A stretch of DNA of 64,000 nt. Source: Gammaproteobacteria bacterium (GTDB taxonomy: Bacteria; Pseudomonadota; Gammaproteobacteria; Francisellales; CACEW01). A program made the position numbers and the translations under genes. The DNA is taken from assembly GCA_030652335.1 (NCBI GenBank), contig JAUSAW010000002.1, positions 397,866-461,865 on the forward strand, given 5' to 3'. The notes beneath the pieces are model-generated. The model saw only the letters and a list, made by a program, of their open reading frames with translations. It did not search any database and had not been told where the DNA came from. Numbering within the stretch: position 1 is the stretch's first letter; each line of letters opens with the position of its first letter. Shown here in pieces: positions 9,088 to 18,296 of the stretch.

Positions 9088-10478
9088 TATAAGGCTTTAT
9101 ACATGGCCAGAGCCAATTGTCTCGACACCTTATAATCGACAATGGGATTGCGGGGCTGGTGGATGGTCTTTTTAGTGCAATCCTCTAGCTCCGGACAAAA
9201 TTGCTTAATAAATTCGCCATCGGGATCAAATTTTTGACTCTGGGTAGTGGGATTAAAAATCCTAAAATAAGGAACGGCGTCGGTTCCTGTCGAAGCTGAC
9301 CATTGCCAGCCTCCATTATTAGCCGCTAAATCGCCATCGATTAAATGCTGCATAAAATAACGCTCGCCCCACTGCCAGTTAATCAATAGCGTTTTTGACA
9401 AAAACATGGCTGTCACCATGCGTAAACGATTATGCATCCATCCCGTGCTATTAAGCTGACGCATGGCCGCATCGACTAATGGAAAGCCTGTTTTACCCTC
9501 ACACCAGGCCTTAAACAATTCGGTATCATTATGCCAAGCCAAGTTTTTCGCTTTTTCTTTAAAGGGCTGAGACTTACTGACCCTGGGGAAGTAAATTAGC
9601 ATCAGCTTATAAAATTCGCGCCAGATCAACTCATCCACCCAAATATTTGGACCTCGATGATGCAATATTTCTTGAGGCCGTTCGGCATCTAACACATCCA
9701 TTATGGCGTAAACACATTGCCTGGCTGAAATAACTCCTTGAGCCAAATAAGGTGATAGGCGGCTGGTCCCTTCAATTGCTGGGAAATCTCGCTGCTCATG
9801 ATATTCAAACAGTCCTATTTCGCAAAATTGCTTTAGCCTATTATGCACATACTCTTCGCCCGCTGGCCAAAGATTAGGATCCAGAGTCGTAGTAAAATCA
9901 GGAATGGAATGTGGGATCTGGCTTGGTTGAGCTAATAGGAATTTCTGTTTTTTTGGCATCGGGCTTAGCATGATATCGGCTCGACTTACTTCAGCCCACC
10001 ACTTGAGTTTAAAGGGAGTAAATACCTTAAACGCTTCATAGTTTTTATTAAGTATACGACCAGGTGCTAGTATTGTTTGCTCATCATAAGCATTCACTGC
10101 TATTTTATGAGCCTGAAATCGCTTAATAAGCAATGCATCGCGCTTTCGTTCGTTATATTCATACTGCTTATTAAAATATATCGCATCGATGGTATGCTTG
10201 CTGGCCAGATCCAGTAAGGCCTTAGCACAGTCTGAAAAATGTGGCAATTCAATAATCAGCAATGGGATATTGAGCTTATTAAGCTTAACTGATAATAACG
10301 CTAGATTTCGTAAGATAAAATCGATTTTACAAGGCGCCTCATCGTGCATGCCCCAGGTCTTGGAACAGATACAATACACGGCGATTAAGCCATCAGTACA
10401 ATCTTGGCTTGCGGCATAAAGCGCTGGGTTATCGCTTACTCTAAGGTCGGCGCGAAACCATATTAGCCCCTTAGCCAT
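9087..10478 (-). CDS. phrB: deoxyribodipyrimidine photolyase
   Basis: 463 aa. N-terminal LIWFRADLRVSDNPAL and the FAD-binding C-terminal signature GGWQWSASTGTDAVPYFRIFNP. Confidence 0.9.
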   Translation of the reverse strand: MAKGLIWFRADLRVSDNPALYAASQDCTDGLIAVYCICSKTWGMHDEAPCKIDFILRNLALLSVKLNKLNIPLLIIELPHFSDCAKALLDLASKHTIDAIYFNKQYEYNERKRDALLIKRFQAHKIAVNAYDEQTILAPGRILNKNYEAFKVFTPFKLKWWAEVSRADIMLSPMPKKQKFLLAQPSQIPHSIPDFTTTLDPNLWPAGEEYVHNRLKQFCEIGLFEYHEQRDFPAIEGTSRLSPYLAQGVISARQCVYAIMDVLDAERPQEILHHRGPNIWVDELIWREFYKLMLIYFPRVSKSQPFKEKAKNLAWHNDTELFKAWCEGKTGFPLVDAAMRQLNSTGWMHNRLRMVTAMFLSKTLLINWQWGERYFMQHLIDGDLAANNGGWQWSASTGTDAVPYFRIFNPTTQSQKFDPDGEFIKQFCPELEDCTKKTIHQPRNPIVDYKVSRQLALAMYKAL

Positions 10479-10629
10479 GCATGCCCAGAATCATGCGCAT
10501 ACCATACACAAAGCCACCGACGACTATAATCGACGCCATATAAATGCCGATAAACCAACCGAGTTTTTTCCACCAAGGTGCGGCATTTTCTTCAGCAGTC
10601 GGAGGCCTGGGATCAATAGTGAATCGCAT
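10471..10629 (-). CDS. small membrane protein (52 aa) translationally coupled to cydB; DUF2474-like accessory peptide
   Basis: Below the track size cutoff. The reverse complement reads ATG(10629) MRFTIDPRPPTAEENAAPWWKKLGWFIGIYMASIIVVGGFVYGMRMILGMHG, with stop at 10473..10471. It overlaps the cydB stop by 17 nt and the phrB start by 8 nt. It has a single TM helix, and the PWWKKLGW motif resembles the small proteins found after cioB/cydB genes. Confidence 0.55.
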   Translation of the reverse strand: MRFTIDPRPPTAEENAAPWWKKLGWFIGIYMASIIVVGGFVYGMRMILGMHG

Positions 10630-11596
10630 CGGTCACTTTCCCTTTAAAAATTTGATAAGCATAGCCGGTATAAACCAATAGTACTGGGATCATAATCGAA
10701 GCGCCGATCAATAAAAACTTTAAGGAACTATCGGGAGCCGCGGCCTGTTCGATGGTAATGGTATTAGGCACGATATACGGCCAGAGGCTAAATGCGAAAC
10801 CCAAGTACCCCGTTAAAAATATGACGACGCTAGACCAATATGGCAGCCAATCATGATGTTTCGCTAACGCACCCCATAATACGGCAAAGGCAATAATGGT
10901 AATAACCGGCAATCCGCATAAATAAAAGGCCGTCATCGGAGTAGACCAGCGAGTCGCCACCAAACTATTCACATAAGGCGTCCAGATCGTGACGATAAGG
11001 ATACAGATAGCTACACCAATACTCGCATAGATGCCGACCTTGGCCATCTTGGCTTTAAGCTCATCGACGGTTTTATAAATTAATCGAGTGGCTCCGAGCA
11101 AGGCATAGCCCAAAACCAAGCTTATTCCGGTCATAATGGTAAAAGGCGTTAGCCATTGAAATTCATCGTTTACCGTCAGATTAAAGCCTTGAATAAAAGC
11201 CCCTAACATCACCCCTTGAATAAAGGCCGCTGCCACTGAACCTATGGTAAAAAGCAGGTCCCAGCGATGTTTTCCGGCAGTGGCTTTTAATCGGAACTCA
11301 AACGATACCCCTCTAAATAATAAGGATACTACCATCACTAAAATCGGCAAATAAAAGATCGGCAATATAATACTAAAAGCCAAGGGGAATGCACCATAAA
11401 GAGAAGCTCCGCCAAGCACTAACCAAGTTTGATTGCCATCCCAGGTGGGCAGTATACTGCTAATGACTAAGTCTTTATGCTGCTCTGGCACAAACGGAAA
11501 TACGATGCCCGCACCCAAGGTAAAGCCATCTAAAATCACATACATCACGAAGATAAAGGCGATAATCGCCACCCAAGCTACTACTAAGTAATCCAT
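10613..11596 (-). CDS. cydB: cytochrome bd-type quinol oxidase subunit II
   Basis: 327 aa polytopic membrane protein. Its start overlaps the cydA stop (TAATG), the canonical position after cydA. Confidence 0.9.
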   Translation of the reverse strand: MDYLVVAWVAIIAFIFVMYVILDGFTLGAGIVFPFVPEQHKDLVISSILPTWDGNQTWLVLGGASLYGAFPLAFSIILPIFYLPILVMVVSLLFRGVSFEFRLKATAGKHRWDLLFTIGSVAAAFIQGVMLGAFIQGFNLTVNDEFQWLTPFTIMTGISLVLGYALLGATRLIYKTVDELKAKMAKVGIYASIGVAICILIVTIWTPYVNSLVATRWSTPMTAFYLCGLPVITIIAFAVLWGALAKHHDWLPYWSSVVIFLTGYLGFAFSLWPYIVPNTITIEQAAAPDSSLKFLLIGASIMIPVLLVYTGYAYQIFKGKVTDAIHY

Positions 11597-12972
11597 TATT
11601 GCTGCTCCGAAATTTGTGCGCCTAAATAATGGAAAGGCACGTTAGTCATATCTTCCGATTTTTCAAGCTCTGGTCCGTGCTCAATTATTTTTCCTAAGTA
11701 ACGGAAATAAAAGATTCCGAAAATTAGTCCATACACTACAACCAGTAACACCAAGGAGATAAGCACCTGGGAGACACTGACATGCGATACCGCATCAGAG
11801 GTCCTAATTAAGTTATAGACCACCCATGGTTGGCGCCCTACTTCCGCCGTTACCCAGCCGGTCCATAAGGCTAGAAATCCTAGTGGGGTGCCCAATAAGC
11901 AAGCCTGTAAAAATAGGCGGTTAGTATAAAGTTTTTTACGTAGTCGCAAATAAAGACCGAATAGCGCCAGTAGGAACATCACTATGCCTGCCCCTACCAT
12001 AATTCTAAAACTATAAAATACGGCCGGTACATAGGGTTGATCGGCTGGAGCCACGGTTTTTAATCCGATTAGTTGACCGTTTAAGGAATGCGTATTTATT
12101 AAGCTTGCGCCATACGGGATGCCTATTGAATACAGATTTTCTTGTTTAGCCATATCGGGATAGGCAAATAGTAATAATGGCGCGGCAGTTTGAGTATTCC
12201 ATACCCCTTCTATCGCCGCGGTTTTAATCGGCTGATAGGTAAATACATTTTGCCCGACGGTATCACCCACCATAATTTGCAAAGGCATGATGATAATTAA
12301 AAAACCCATCGCGAAAGATAGGCATTTTTTGGCAAATTCCACATGTTGATTTTTAAGCAGGTAATAAGCAGCGAGGCCGGCGATGGCAAATAGAGTCGAT
12401 ATATAAGCCGCCAATACCATATGAATAAAGCGAGGGATATCAGTTGGATTAAAAATAACATGAAACCAGCTGGTGACGATATATTTACCATTTACAATAT
12501 CAAACCCCGCTGGAGATTGCATCCAGGAGTTGGCTGCCATAATCCAAAATGCCGATAATGTTACACCGACTACGACTAATAGTGTGGCGAGATAATGCAG
12601 CCTAGGTCCTACTTTATTCCAGCCGAATATCATCACCCCTAAAAAGCCGGCCTCGATAAAGAAAGCGGTTAAGACTTCATAGACGAATAGGCTGCCTAAC
12701 ACATCCCCTATTTGAGCGGTAAAGCCTGACCAATTGGTACCAAATTGGAATTCCATCACGATTCCCGATACTACTCCCATACCAAAAGTTAAGGCAAAAA
12801 TCTTCATCCAAAATTTACAGATCGACAGGTATAAAGGATTTTTGGTTTTTAACCATAAGCCTTCCATTACCGCTAAAAAAGTCGCCAAGCCGATGCTAAA
12901 GGCTGGGAATAAGATATGCATGCTAATGGTGAAGGCAAACTGAATTCGTGAGAGTAACAAGGTGGTAATCAT
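11596..12972 (-). CDS. cydA: cytochrome bd-type quinol oxidase subunit I (short Q-loop, CIO-like length)
   Basis: 458 aa. Conserved N-terminus LSRIQFAFTISMHILFPAFSIGLA and the GRQPWVVY motif. It is shorter than E. coli CydA, consistent with the short-Q-loop or cyanide-insensitive subclass. Confidence 0.9.
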   Translation of the reverse strand: MITTLLLSRIQFAFTISMHILFPAFSIGLATFLAVMEGLWLKTKNPLYLSICKFWMKIFALTFGMGVVSGIVMEFQFGTNWSGFTAQIGDVLGSLFVYEVLTAFFIEAGFLGVMIFGWNKVGPRLHYLATLLVVVGVTLSAFWIMAANSWMQSPAGFDIVNGKYIVTSWFHVIFNPTDIPRFIHMVLAAYISTLFAIAGLAAYYLLKNQHVEFAKKCLSFAMGFLIIIMPLQIMVGDTVGQNVFTYQPIKTAAIEGVWNTQTAAPLLLFAYPDMAKQENLYSIGIPYGASLINTHSLNGQLIGLKTVAPADQPYVPAVFYSFRIMVGAGIVMFLLALFGLYLRLRKKLYTNRLFLQACLLGTPLGFLALWTGWVTAEVGRQPWVVYNLIRTSDAVSHVSVSQVLISLVLLVVVYGLIFGIFYFRYLGKIIEHGPELEKSEDMTNVPFHYLGAQISEQQ

Positions 12973-13078
12973 CGATGCCTCTTAAATATCGTCAAAATTG
13001 AACTTTGATAATACGCCTAATAATTCACTAATCAATTACTTAACACTGACTCAGTATTCGCATTTTATAAATAATCAT

Positions 13079-13816
13079 TTACAGGGAAATTGTTTCCAAT
13101 ACGTTTTGTAATAGGCTGCTGGCACCAAACCGAAAATACTCAGGCATTAAATAATCATCACCCATAATGCTTTGAGCTACATCCAAATAAGCCTCAGCTT
13201 GTTTCACTGTTTTCACTCCGCCAGACGCTTTAAACCCTGCCTGCTTACCGCTAAGTTGCGAATACAAGTTAATTTCGCGCAACATAATATCAGCGGCATT
13301 CGTAGTAGCGCCGACTGGAATTTTTCCCGTAGAAGTTTTTAAAAAATCTGCTCCCGACTCTAAGGCATCTCGACTAGCCATGGCAATAAGCTCAGGCTTT
13401 TGTAAGGCACCCGTTTCTAAAATGACTTTTAAAGTGGCATCCTGGCAAAGCGCTTTACAGGCTTTTACTAATTTTTTAGTGCTGGCTCGATCGCCATTGA
13501 TATAAGCCTGATATGGAATCACCACATCGATTTCATCAGCGCCATTATCTAAAGCTTGTCTAATCGTATTTAAGACTTGTGCTAAGGGTTCATCGCCATA
13601 GGGAAAATTCACCACGGTAGCAATTTTAATGGCAGTACCACTAAGCGCTGAAACTGCTGTGGCCACAAATTCCGGATAGACACATACTGCTGCTACAGCG
13701 GCATAGGGTGTAACCGCTTGTAAACATAAAGCGCGAATTTTCTCTTCAGTATCATCCTGATTGAGCGAGGTTAAATCCATTAGAGCGATAATTTTACTAG
13801 CCAGTGCAAGGTTCAT
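13079..13816 (-). CDS. deoC: deoxyribose-phosphate aldolase
   Basis: 245 aa with the Schiff-base lysine context GADFLKTSTGK. Confidence 0.85.
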   Translation of the reverse strand: MNLALASKIIALMDLTSLNQDDTEEKIRALCLQAVTPYAAVAAVCVYPEFVATAVSALSGTAIKIATVVNFPYGDEPLAQVLNTIRQALDNGADEIDVVIPYQAYINGDRASTKKLVKACKALCQDATLKVILETGALQKPELIAMASRDALESGADFLKTSTGKIPVGATTNAADIMLREINLYSQLSGKQAGFKASGGVKTVKQAEAYLDVAQSIMGDDYLMPEYFRFGASSLLQNVLETISL

Positions 13817-13841
13817 AGCGTTCCTATCAAAATTTGGACAA

Positions 13842-13866
13842 GAAAAAGGGGCCTTAAAGCCCCTTT
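13842..13866 (-). terminator. Rho-independent terminator of the rpsP-rimM-trmD-rplS operon
   Basis: On the minus strand, aaggggc-tttaag-gcccctt is followed by a TTTTTCTT run, immediately after the rplS stop. Confidence 0.7.
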
Positions 13867-13885
13867 ACTATTACATAGAAATTAA

Positions 13886-14284
13886 TTATTCGCTAGCTTG
13901 ATCAGCTTCAACAGCGGTATTAACCGATGTATCTTTAAAGTTAAGTTTTTCTTTAATACGGGCCGCTTTACCAGAAAGTGCACGAATATAATAAATCTTC
14001 GCTTTACGAATATCGCCGCGACGTTTAACTACGATGCTTGCGATTAGCGGGCTATGAGTTTGGAATACACGCTCAACACCTTCACCATGTGAAATTTTAC
14101 GTACGGTAAAGGCAGAGTTTAAACCGCGATTACGTTTAGCAATTACCACGCCTTCGAATGCTTGTAGACGCTCGGTAGCGCCGTCTTTTACACGAACTTG
14201 CACCAACACAGTGTCACCAGCTCTAAATACTGGCACATCCGTTTTCATGCAGGATTTTTCGTAATCTTGAATTATGTTAAACAT
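13886..14284 (-). CDS. rplS: 50S ribosomal protein L19
   Basis: 132 aa with the [44 protein letters not shown] core. It carries an acidic C-terminal extension. Confidence 0.95.
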   Translation of the reverse strand: MFNIIQDYEKSCMKTDVPVFRAGDTVLVQVRVKDGATERLQAFEGVVIAKRNRGLNSAFTVRKISHGEGVERVFQTHSPLIASIVVKRRGDIRKAKIYYIRALSGKAARIKEKLNFKDTSVNTAVEADQASE

Positions 14285-14367
14285 TTATAGTTTCTCCGTA
14301 CTTCGATCTCATTCGGGCAAGATTGTACAACAAACTTGCTTAGTCTGGTAGCTTTTTTTTCACTATA

Positions 14368-14524
14368 CCCAGAACTGATGAAATCTAGTCATTCTAGCAG
14401 AGGGATTATGAGCTGAATAATCAGTTTGGAGCGCCGGGAATAGTAAGACTATTGCCAAGCATCCAAACTGATTAGGTTAAGCCAAAATCACCGGTTAGAA
14501 TGACTAGATTTCATCAGCTCTGGG
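14368..14524. repeat. 157-bp MITE-like nested palindromic element in the trmD-rplS spacer
   Basis: Terminal inverted repeats at 14368..14396 (cccagaactgatgaaatctagtcattcta) and 14496..14524 (tagaatgactagatttcatcagctctggg) match 28/29. An inner inverted repeat lies at 14419..14430 and 14462..14473 (aatcagtttgga / tccaaactgatt), plus a further central stem. The right arm contains the last 7 codons and the stop of trmD. Confidence 0.75.
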
Positions 14525-15196
14525 CATGAGATCGGGTCTTCTTTGCTCAGTTCTGCTTAAAGCTTGCTGCAAACGCCATTTTTTAATCTCAAGATGATTA
14601 CCGCTTAGCAATACCGCAGGCACCGTTTTACCCTGCCATACTTCAGGCCGAGTGTAATGAGGATGATCCAGCAAACCATTTACAAAGGAATCTTCCACCG
14701 CCGATTGCTCATCGTGTAAGACACCGGGAATTAAACGCGCTACCGCATCCATTAAGACCATCGCTGGCAGCTCGCCACCACTCAATACATAATCGCCGAT
14801 AGATAGCTCTTCATCGACCAGCATATCGATTAAGCGCTCATCCACGCCCTCATAACGCCCTGCCAATAAAATTAAATTACCGCTTTCGGATACAGTCTGG
14901 GCTTTAGCTTGAGTCAAGCGCACTCCCTGGGGAGATAGATAGCAAACCTTGGTGTCGGCTCCTAGACTTTTCTTGGCATCTTGGATGGCTTGAAATAGCG
15001 GTTCGGCCATCATCACCATACCAGGCCCACCACCATAGGGTCTATCGTCTACGGTATGGTGAACATCTTGAGTATAATCGCGGGGATTCCAATAGTGGGC
15101 AGAAACCAGGCCTTTTTGCATGGCTCGGCCGACCACACCAAATTTGAATAGCGCATCGAACATTTCAGGGAATAGTGTTATAACACCGAATTTCAT
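14504..15196 (-). CDS. trmD: tRNA (guanine37-N1)-methyltransferase
   Basis: 230 aa with [12 protein letters not shown] and GGGPGMVM motifs, in the canonical operon position. The C-terminal ..MPRADEI plus stop is encoded inside the palindromic element. Confidence 0.95.
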   Translation of the reverse strand: MKFGVITLFPEMFDALFKFGVVGRAMQKGLVSAHYWNPRDYTQDVHHTVDDRPYGGGPGMVMMAEPLFQAIQDAKKSLGADTKVCYLSPQGVRLTQAKAQTVSESGNLILLAGRYEGVDERLIDMLVDEELSIGDYVLSGGELPAMVLMDAVARLIPGVLHDEQSAVEDSFVNGLLDHPHYTRPEVWQGKTVPAVLLSGNHLEIKKWRLQQALSRTEQRRPDLMPRADEI

Positions 15197-15199
15197 TGC

Positions 15200-15718
15200 T
15201 TAATATTCCGGATCCCAATCGACCACAATAACACCCGCGGCCAGGTCTACCTTTTGAATCACATGTTTAAGATAGGGAATTAATCGCTCTCGTTCACCCT
15301 TAACCACGAGCACTTCATTAGCGCCGGTCTCTAAGATATGATCGAGTATGCCATAATCATCGCCTTGAGCATTGAGCACTTTCATGCCTTCAAGATCACT
15401 CCAGTAAAAACCTGAACCTGAATCAGGCAAGTCTTTGCGTGGTACGGCAAGCTCAGCATTAACATAGCGCTTGGCAAGATCGCGATCTTGGCAGTCATTG
15501 AAATGGATAACATAATGGTTGCCCAGCGCTTTAATAGAATAACCCGACATAGGCTGCCAGGTATTATTGACTAAAATATGCCAGTGTTTAAAATCGAGAA
15601 TATTGCTTGATTCAGCAAAAACTTGAAGCTTTAAATCGCCCTTAATGCCGTGCGGCGCGCCAATGCGCGCCACAACGATCAATTTGTCAGGGTTTACCCT
15701 TGGGGCAATAGAATCCAT
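15200..15718 (-). CDS. rimM: 16S rRNA processing protein RimM
   Basis: 172 aa with RimM/PRC-barrel pattern (VARIGAPHGIKGDLK), between rpsP and trmD. Confidence 0.9.
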   Translation of the reverse strand: MDSIAPRVNPDKLIVVARIGAPHGIKGDLKLQVFAESSNILDFKHWHILVNNTWQPMSGYSIKALGNHYVIHFNDCQDRDLAKRYVNAELAVPRKDLPDSGSGFYWSDLEGMKVLNAQGDDYGILDHILETGANEVLVVKGERERLIPYLKHVIQKVDLAAGVIVVDWDPEY

Positions 15719-15724
15719 ATAAAA

Positions 15725-15979
15725 TTAAGCAGCTTGCTCTTTTTGCAGCTTTTTAATTAAGCTGTTAACGCGGTCAGATGCTTGTGCGCCTTGGGAAACC
15801 CAATGGTTCACGCGATCCACTTCAATTTGAAGTTTTACGTCTTGACCTGCGGCTACTGGATTGTAGAAGCCTACTTTTTCGATATAACGCCCACCACGTG
15901 GATAACGCTGATCAGCTACAACTACATGATAGAAAGGACGCTTTTTGGCGCCGGATCTTGATAAACGAATTACGACCAT
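15725..15979 (-). CDS. rpsP: 30S ribosomal protein S16
   Basis: 84 aa, [23 protein letters not shown]. Confidence 0.95.
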   Translation of the reverse strand: MVVIRLSRSGAKKRPFYHVVVADQRYPRGGRYIEKVGFYNPVAAGQDVKLQIEVDRVNHWVSQGAQASDRVNSLIKKLQKEQAA

Positions 15980-16026
15980 TGTTTCAATTACTCCGCTTTA
16001 ACGATGTATAAAGTTTAAGGTGGCTT

Positions 16027-16054
16027 ATTATACCGAGGTTTTGGCAAATGTAAA
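16027..16054 (-). promoter_or_regulatory. candidate sigma70 promoter of the rpsP operon
   Basis: Minus strand TTTACA (16054..16049), a 16-nt spacer, then TATAAT (16032..16027), about 45 nt upstream of the rpsP ATG. Confidence 0.55.
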
Positions 16055-16164
16055 CGACAAATTTGCTTATGGGTTTATCAATTAGCAATTGGTCGTCCTC
16101 CTGCCTAATTTTCTAAATCAGGAATCGGGGACCCACGACAGGAATATGCACTATAAAGCCGCTA

Positions 16165-18180
16165 TCAAATGCCAGCAAGCATACACTTAACTCGGTGAAA
16201 AATGCGCTTTAAGAGGGCCTTAATCACTACCTGGAAGGAGTGGATTACTGTTCGGGGGTCGCCACACCTTTCTCTTTCTTTTAACCTAGACCATCTTTGC
16301 TCTAAATGACATACATCGATATCTTTTTTTATCACCTGATCGAGAAAACGCTCCGTCTCTATAGCTACATCTAACCAAGAGCGATCAAATTTTGTCACTG
16401 ACTCTACCTTATCAAAATCTTCCCTCAATATAAGATCTTTAAGCTCATTAAAAGAATGAAACAATGTAATGGCTTCAGACTGTTTACTAAGCAAGTTATT
16501 CATGAGCTCTTGATTAAGCTCATTGTAATGCGCAAAGATTTTTCTTTTTCCACCCCATTTCAAATAATTAATTAAAGGTAAGCCAAACCCCTCATAGAAA
16601 CTAGGAAAAATAAGCGCTTGTGCATTGCGATACAATTGTGCAATTTCATCATCTGAACGCTTACCACTTTTAATACAAAAAATATTCGTTTGTATATAAC
16701 CGTCTTGCCCACCAATTATAATGAAATTATATCGTGGAATATCTTTAATCACCCCTAAAAGAGACTCTATAGCTTTATGCTTATAAGCATTCCCTAATAT
16801 TAAAATATACTGATCAAAAGCCACTTCCACTTTATTTGAATGGAAATCGTTTTGTTGATTAACTCCATGATAAATAACTTTCATAGCAAAATGACTATAT
16901 TTTGAGCAATCCCCGGCAAAATATTTACAATAGTCCCTATACGAATATTCGCTAATAAAAATTAAGCCATCCGCTATTTCAGAGATCATTTTAAAATTAT
17001 AATGTTGATCATTGTTCAAATAAGTACAACGCAAGACTATAATATCTTGCATGGTAAAAACTAATTTCAGTGCCATGTTATTAAGAATAATAAAATCTTC
17101 GGCATAAAAAATTTGAGAAGGCGTAAAAGCCAATTCAAATTTTTGCTCAGGCATTTGATCAGGATAAATGATATTAGGACCATAAATAGAAACCGAATGA
17201 TACTTATCAGCCATTCGATTCACTAGCACGGTCATTTCATATTTTTCTTTAAAGCGCTCATAAAAAAGTTTTAACAAATTTAGATTATATTCTGACGTTC
17301 CATTATGGGCGGCAGGCAGCCTCAACAAATTAAACAAAATTCGAGATTTTTTACCTTCAACTTTTCGGTACAATACCGATGAAAAATGGTCTAGAGGGTG
17401 AAGCCGATACTGCACATATTCAGTAATTGCCTTTGAATAATAGCTATAGCGCTGTATTAAAATTTTATGATTTTTGCTATCGAGCTGGGCTTTTAATTCG
17501 TTTCCAAAACTTACTGAAGCTATATGAAAAACAAAGGCATGATTCGCCATAATGCATGAGTAGCCGTATTCACTAATTCTCATGCAAAAGTCATTTTCTT
17601 CATTATAACCTTTGCCATAGATCTCATCGAACAAACCAAAATTAGCAATTAATTCTCGACGAATTAAAATACAAAAGCCCACTCCTGTTGGGATAATAGT
17701 ATAACGAGGCCAGCTATCGCGATAACTCAAAAACGTTTTGTATGATAGCTCTTCGGTAGTTATTTGATTCGGAAAAGGAACGGATAGTATGCTGGCATTA
17801 TTGCTTCTTGGACATACCACCCCATGTTTTTCAGCGCTATACAGCACCTCCAACATTTCCTCTAAAAACCCTTCCGTAACGCGCGTATCTGAATTTAGTA
17901 ATAGAACATCATGGTCTTTGTATGTATTAAGTTCAAGTACCGCTCGGTTACAGGTTTTAACAAATCCAAGATTATGACTATTTGAATAATACTGATAATT
18001 TGGCAGTCCATGAATGAATGATAGAATTTTCTTTTCAAGCCAATCCGCTTCAGGCCCACAATCATTCACAAGGATTACTTTGTGATGAGCCGCTAAATAA
18101 CGCTTCAATGAATCAAGACAAACTTCTAAGCTAGGCCAGTCCGCATAAACTGGAATAATAACAACAACATTTCTCAACAA
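16165..18180 (-). CDS. two-domain glycosyltransferase (N-terminal GT2/GT-A fused to C-terminal GT4-like/GT-B)
   Basis: 671 aa. The N-terminus has IIPVYADWPSLEVCLDSL...LLNSDT (GT2, DXD-like). The C-terminus has FPSFYEGFGLPLIN (the EX7E-region motif of GT1/GT4 enzymes). The track start is TTG at 18180. Confidence 0.75.
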   Translation of the reverse strand: MLRNVVVIIPVYADWPSLEVCLDSLKRYLAAHHKVILVNDCGPEADWLEKKILSFIHGLPNYQYYSNSHNLGFVKTCNRAVLELNTYKDHDVLLLNSDTRVTEGFLEEMLEVLYSAEKHGVVCPRSNNASILSVPFPNQITTEELSYKTFLSYRDSWPRYTIIPTGVGFCILIRRELIANFGLFDEIYGKGYNEENDFCMRISEYGYSCIMANHAFVFHIASVSFGNELKAQLDSKNHKILIQRYSYYSKAITEYVQYRLHPLDHFSSVLYRKVEGKKSRILFNLLRLPAAHNGTSEYNLNLLKLFYERFKEKYEMTVLVNRMADKYHSVSIYGPNIIYPDQMPEQKFELAFTPSQIFYAEDFIILNNMALKLVFTMQDIIVLRCTYLNNDQHYNFKMISEIADGLIFISEYSYRDYCKYFAGDCSKYSHFAMKVIYHGVNQQNDFHSNKVEVAFDQYILILGNAYKHKAIESLLGVIKDIPRYNFIIIGGQDGYIQTNIFCIKSGKRSDDEIAQLYRNAQALIFPSFYEGFGLPLINYLKWGGKRKIFAHYNELNQELMNNLLSKQSEAITLFHSFNELKDLILREDFDKVESVTKFDRSWLDVAIETERFLDQVIKKDIDVCHLEQRWSRLKERERCGDPRTVIHSFQVVIKALLKRIFHRVKCMLAGI

Positions 18181-18257
18181 CTTTAGGCTCCGAACAAACT
18201 AGCTTAACACTACTTTAACCAGTTACGCATCGCAATGCCATAGAAACAGAGAATAAA

Positions 18258-18290
18258 TTGATGAGAGGCGTACAGTGAGCCTCTCATCAA
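18258..18290 (-). terminator. Rho-independent terminator after the 537-aa membrane protein gene
   Basis: Perfect 12-bp stem ttgatgagaggc / gcctctcatcaa with a 9-nt loop, followed on the minus strand by TTTATTCTC. Confidence 0.7.
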
Positions 18291-18296
18291 GAAGCC

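Noticed and set aside
18204-18218. A TTAA-N7-TTAA pair (minus strand TTAAAGTAGTGTTAAG) just upstream of the glycosyltransferase start.
   Set aside because: The hexamer 11 nt downstream is CGGAGC rather than a -10. The start codon follows within about 25 nt, and the core diverges from the five good sites.
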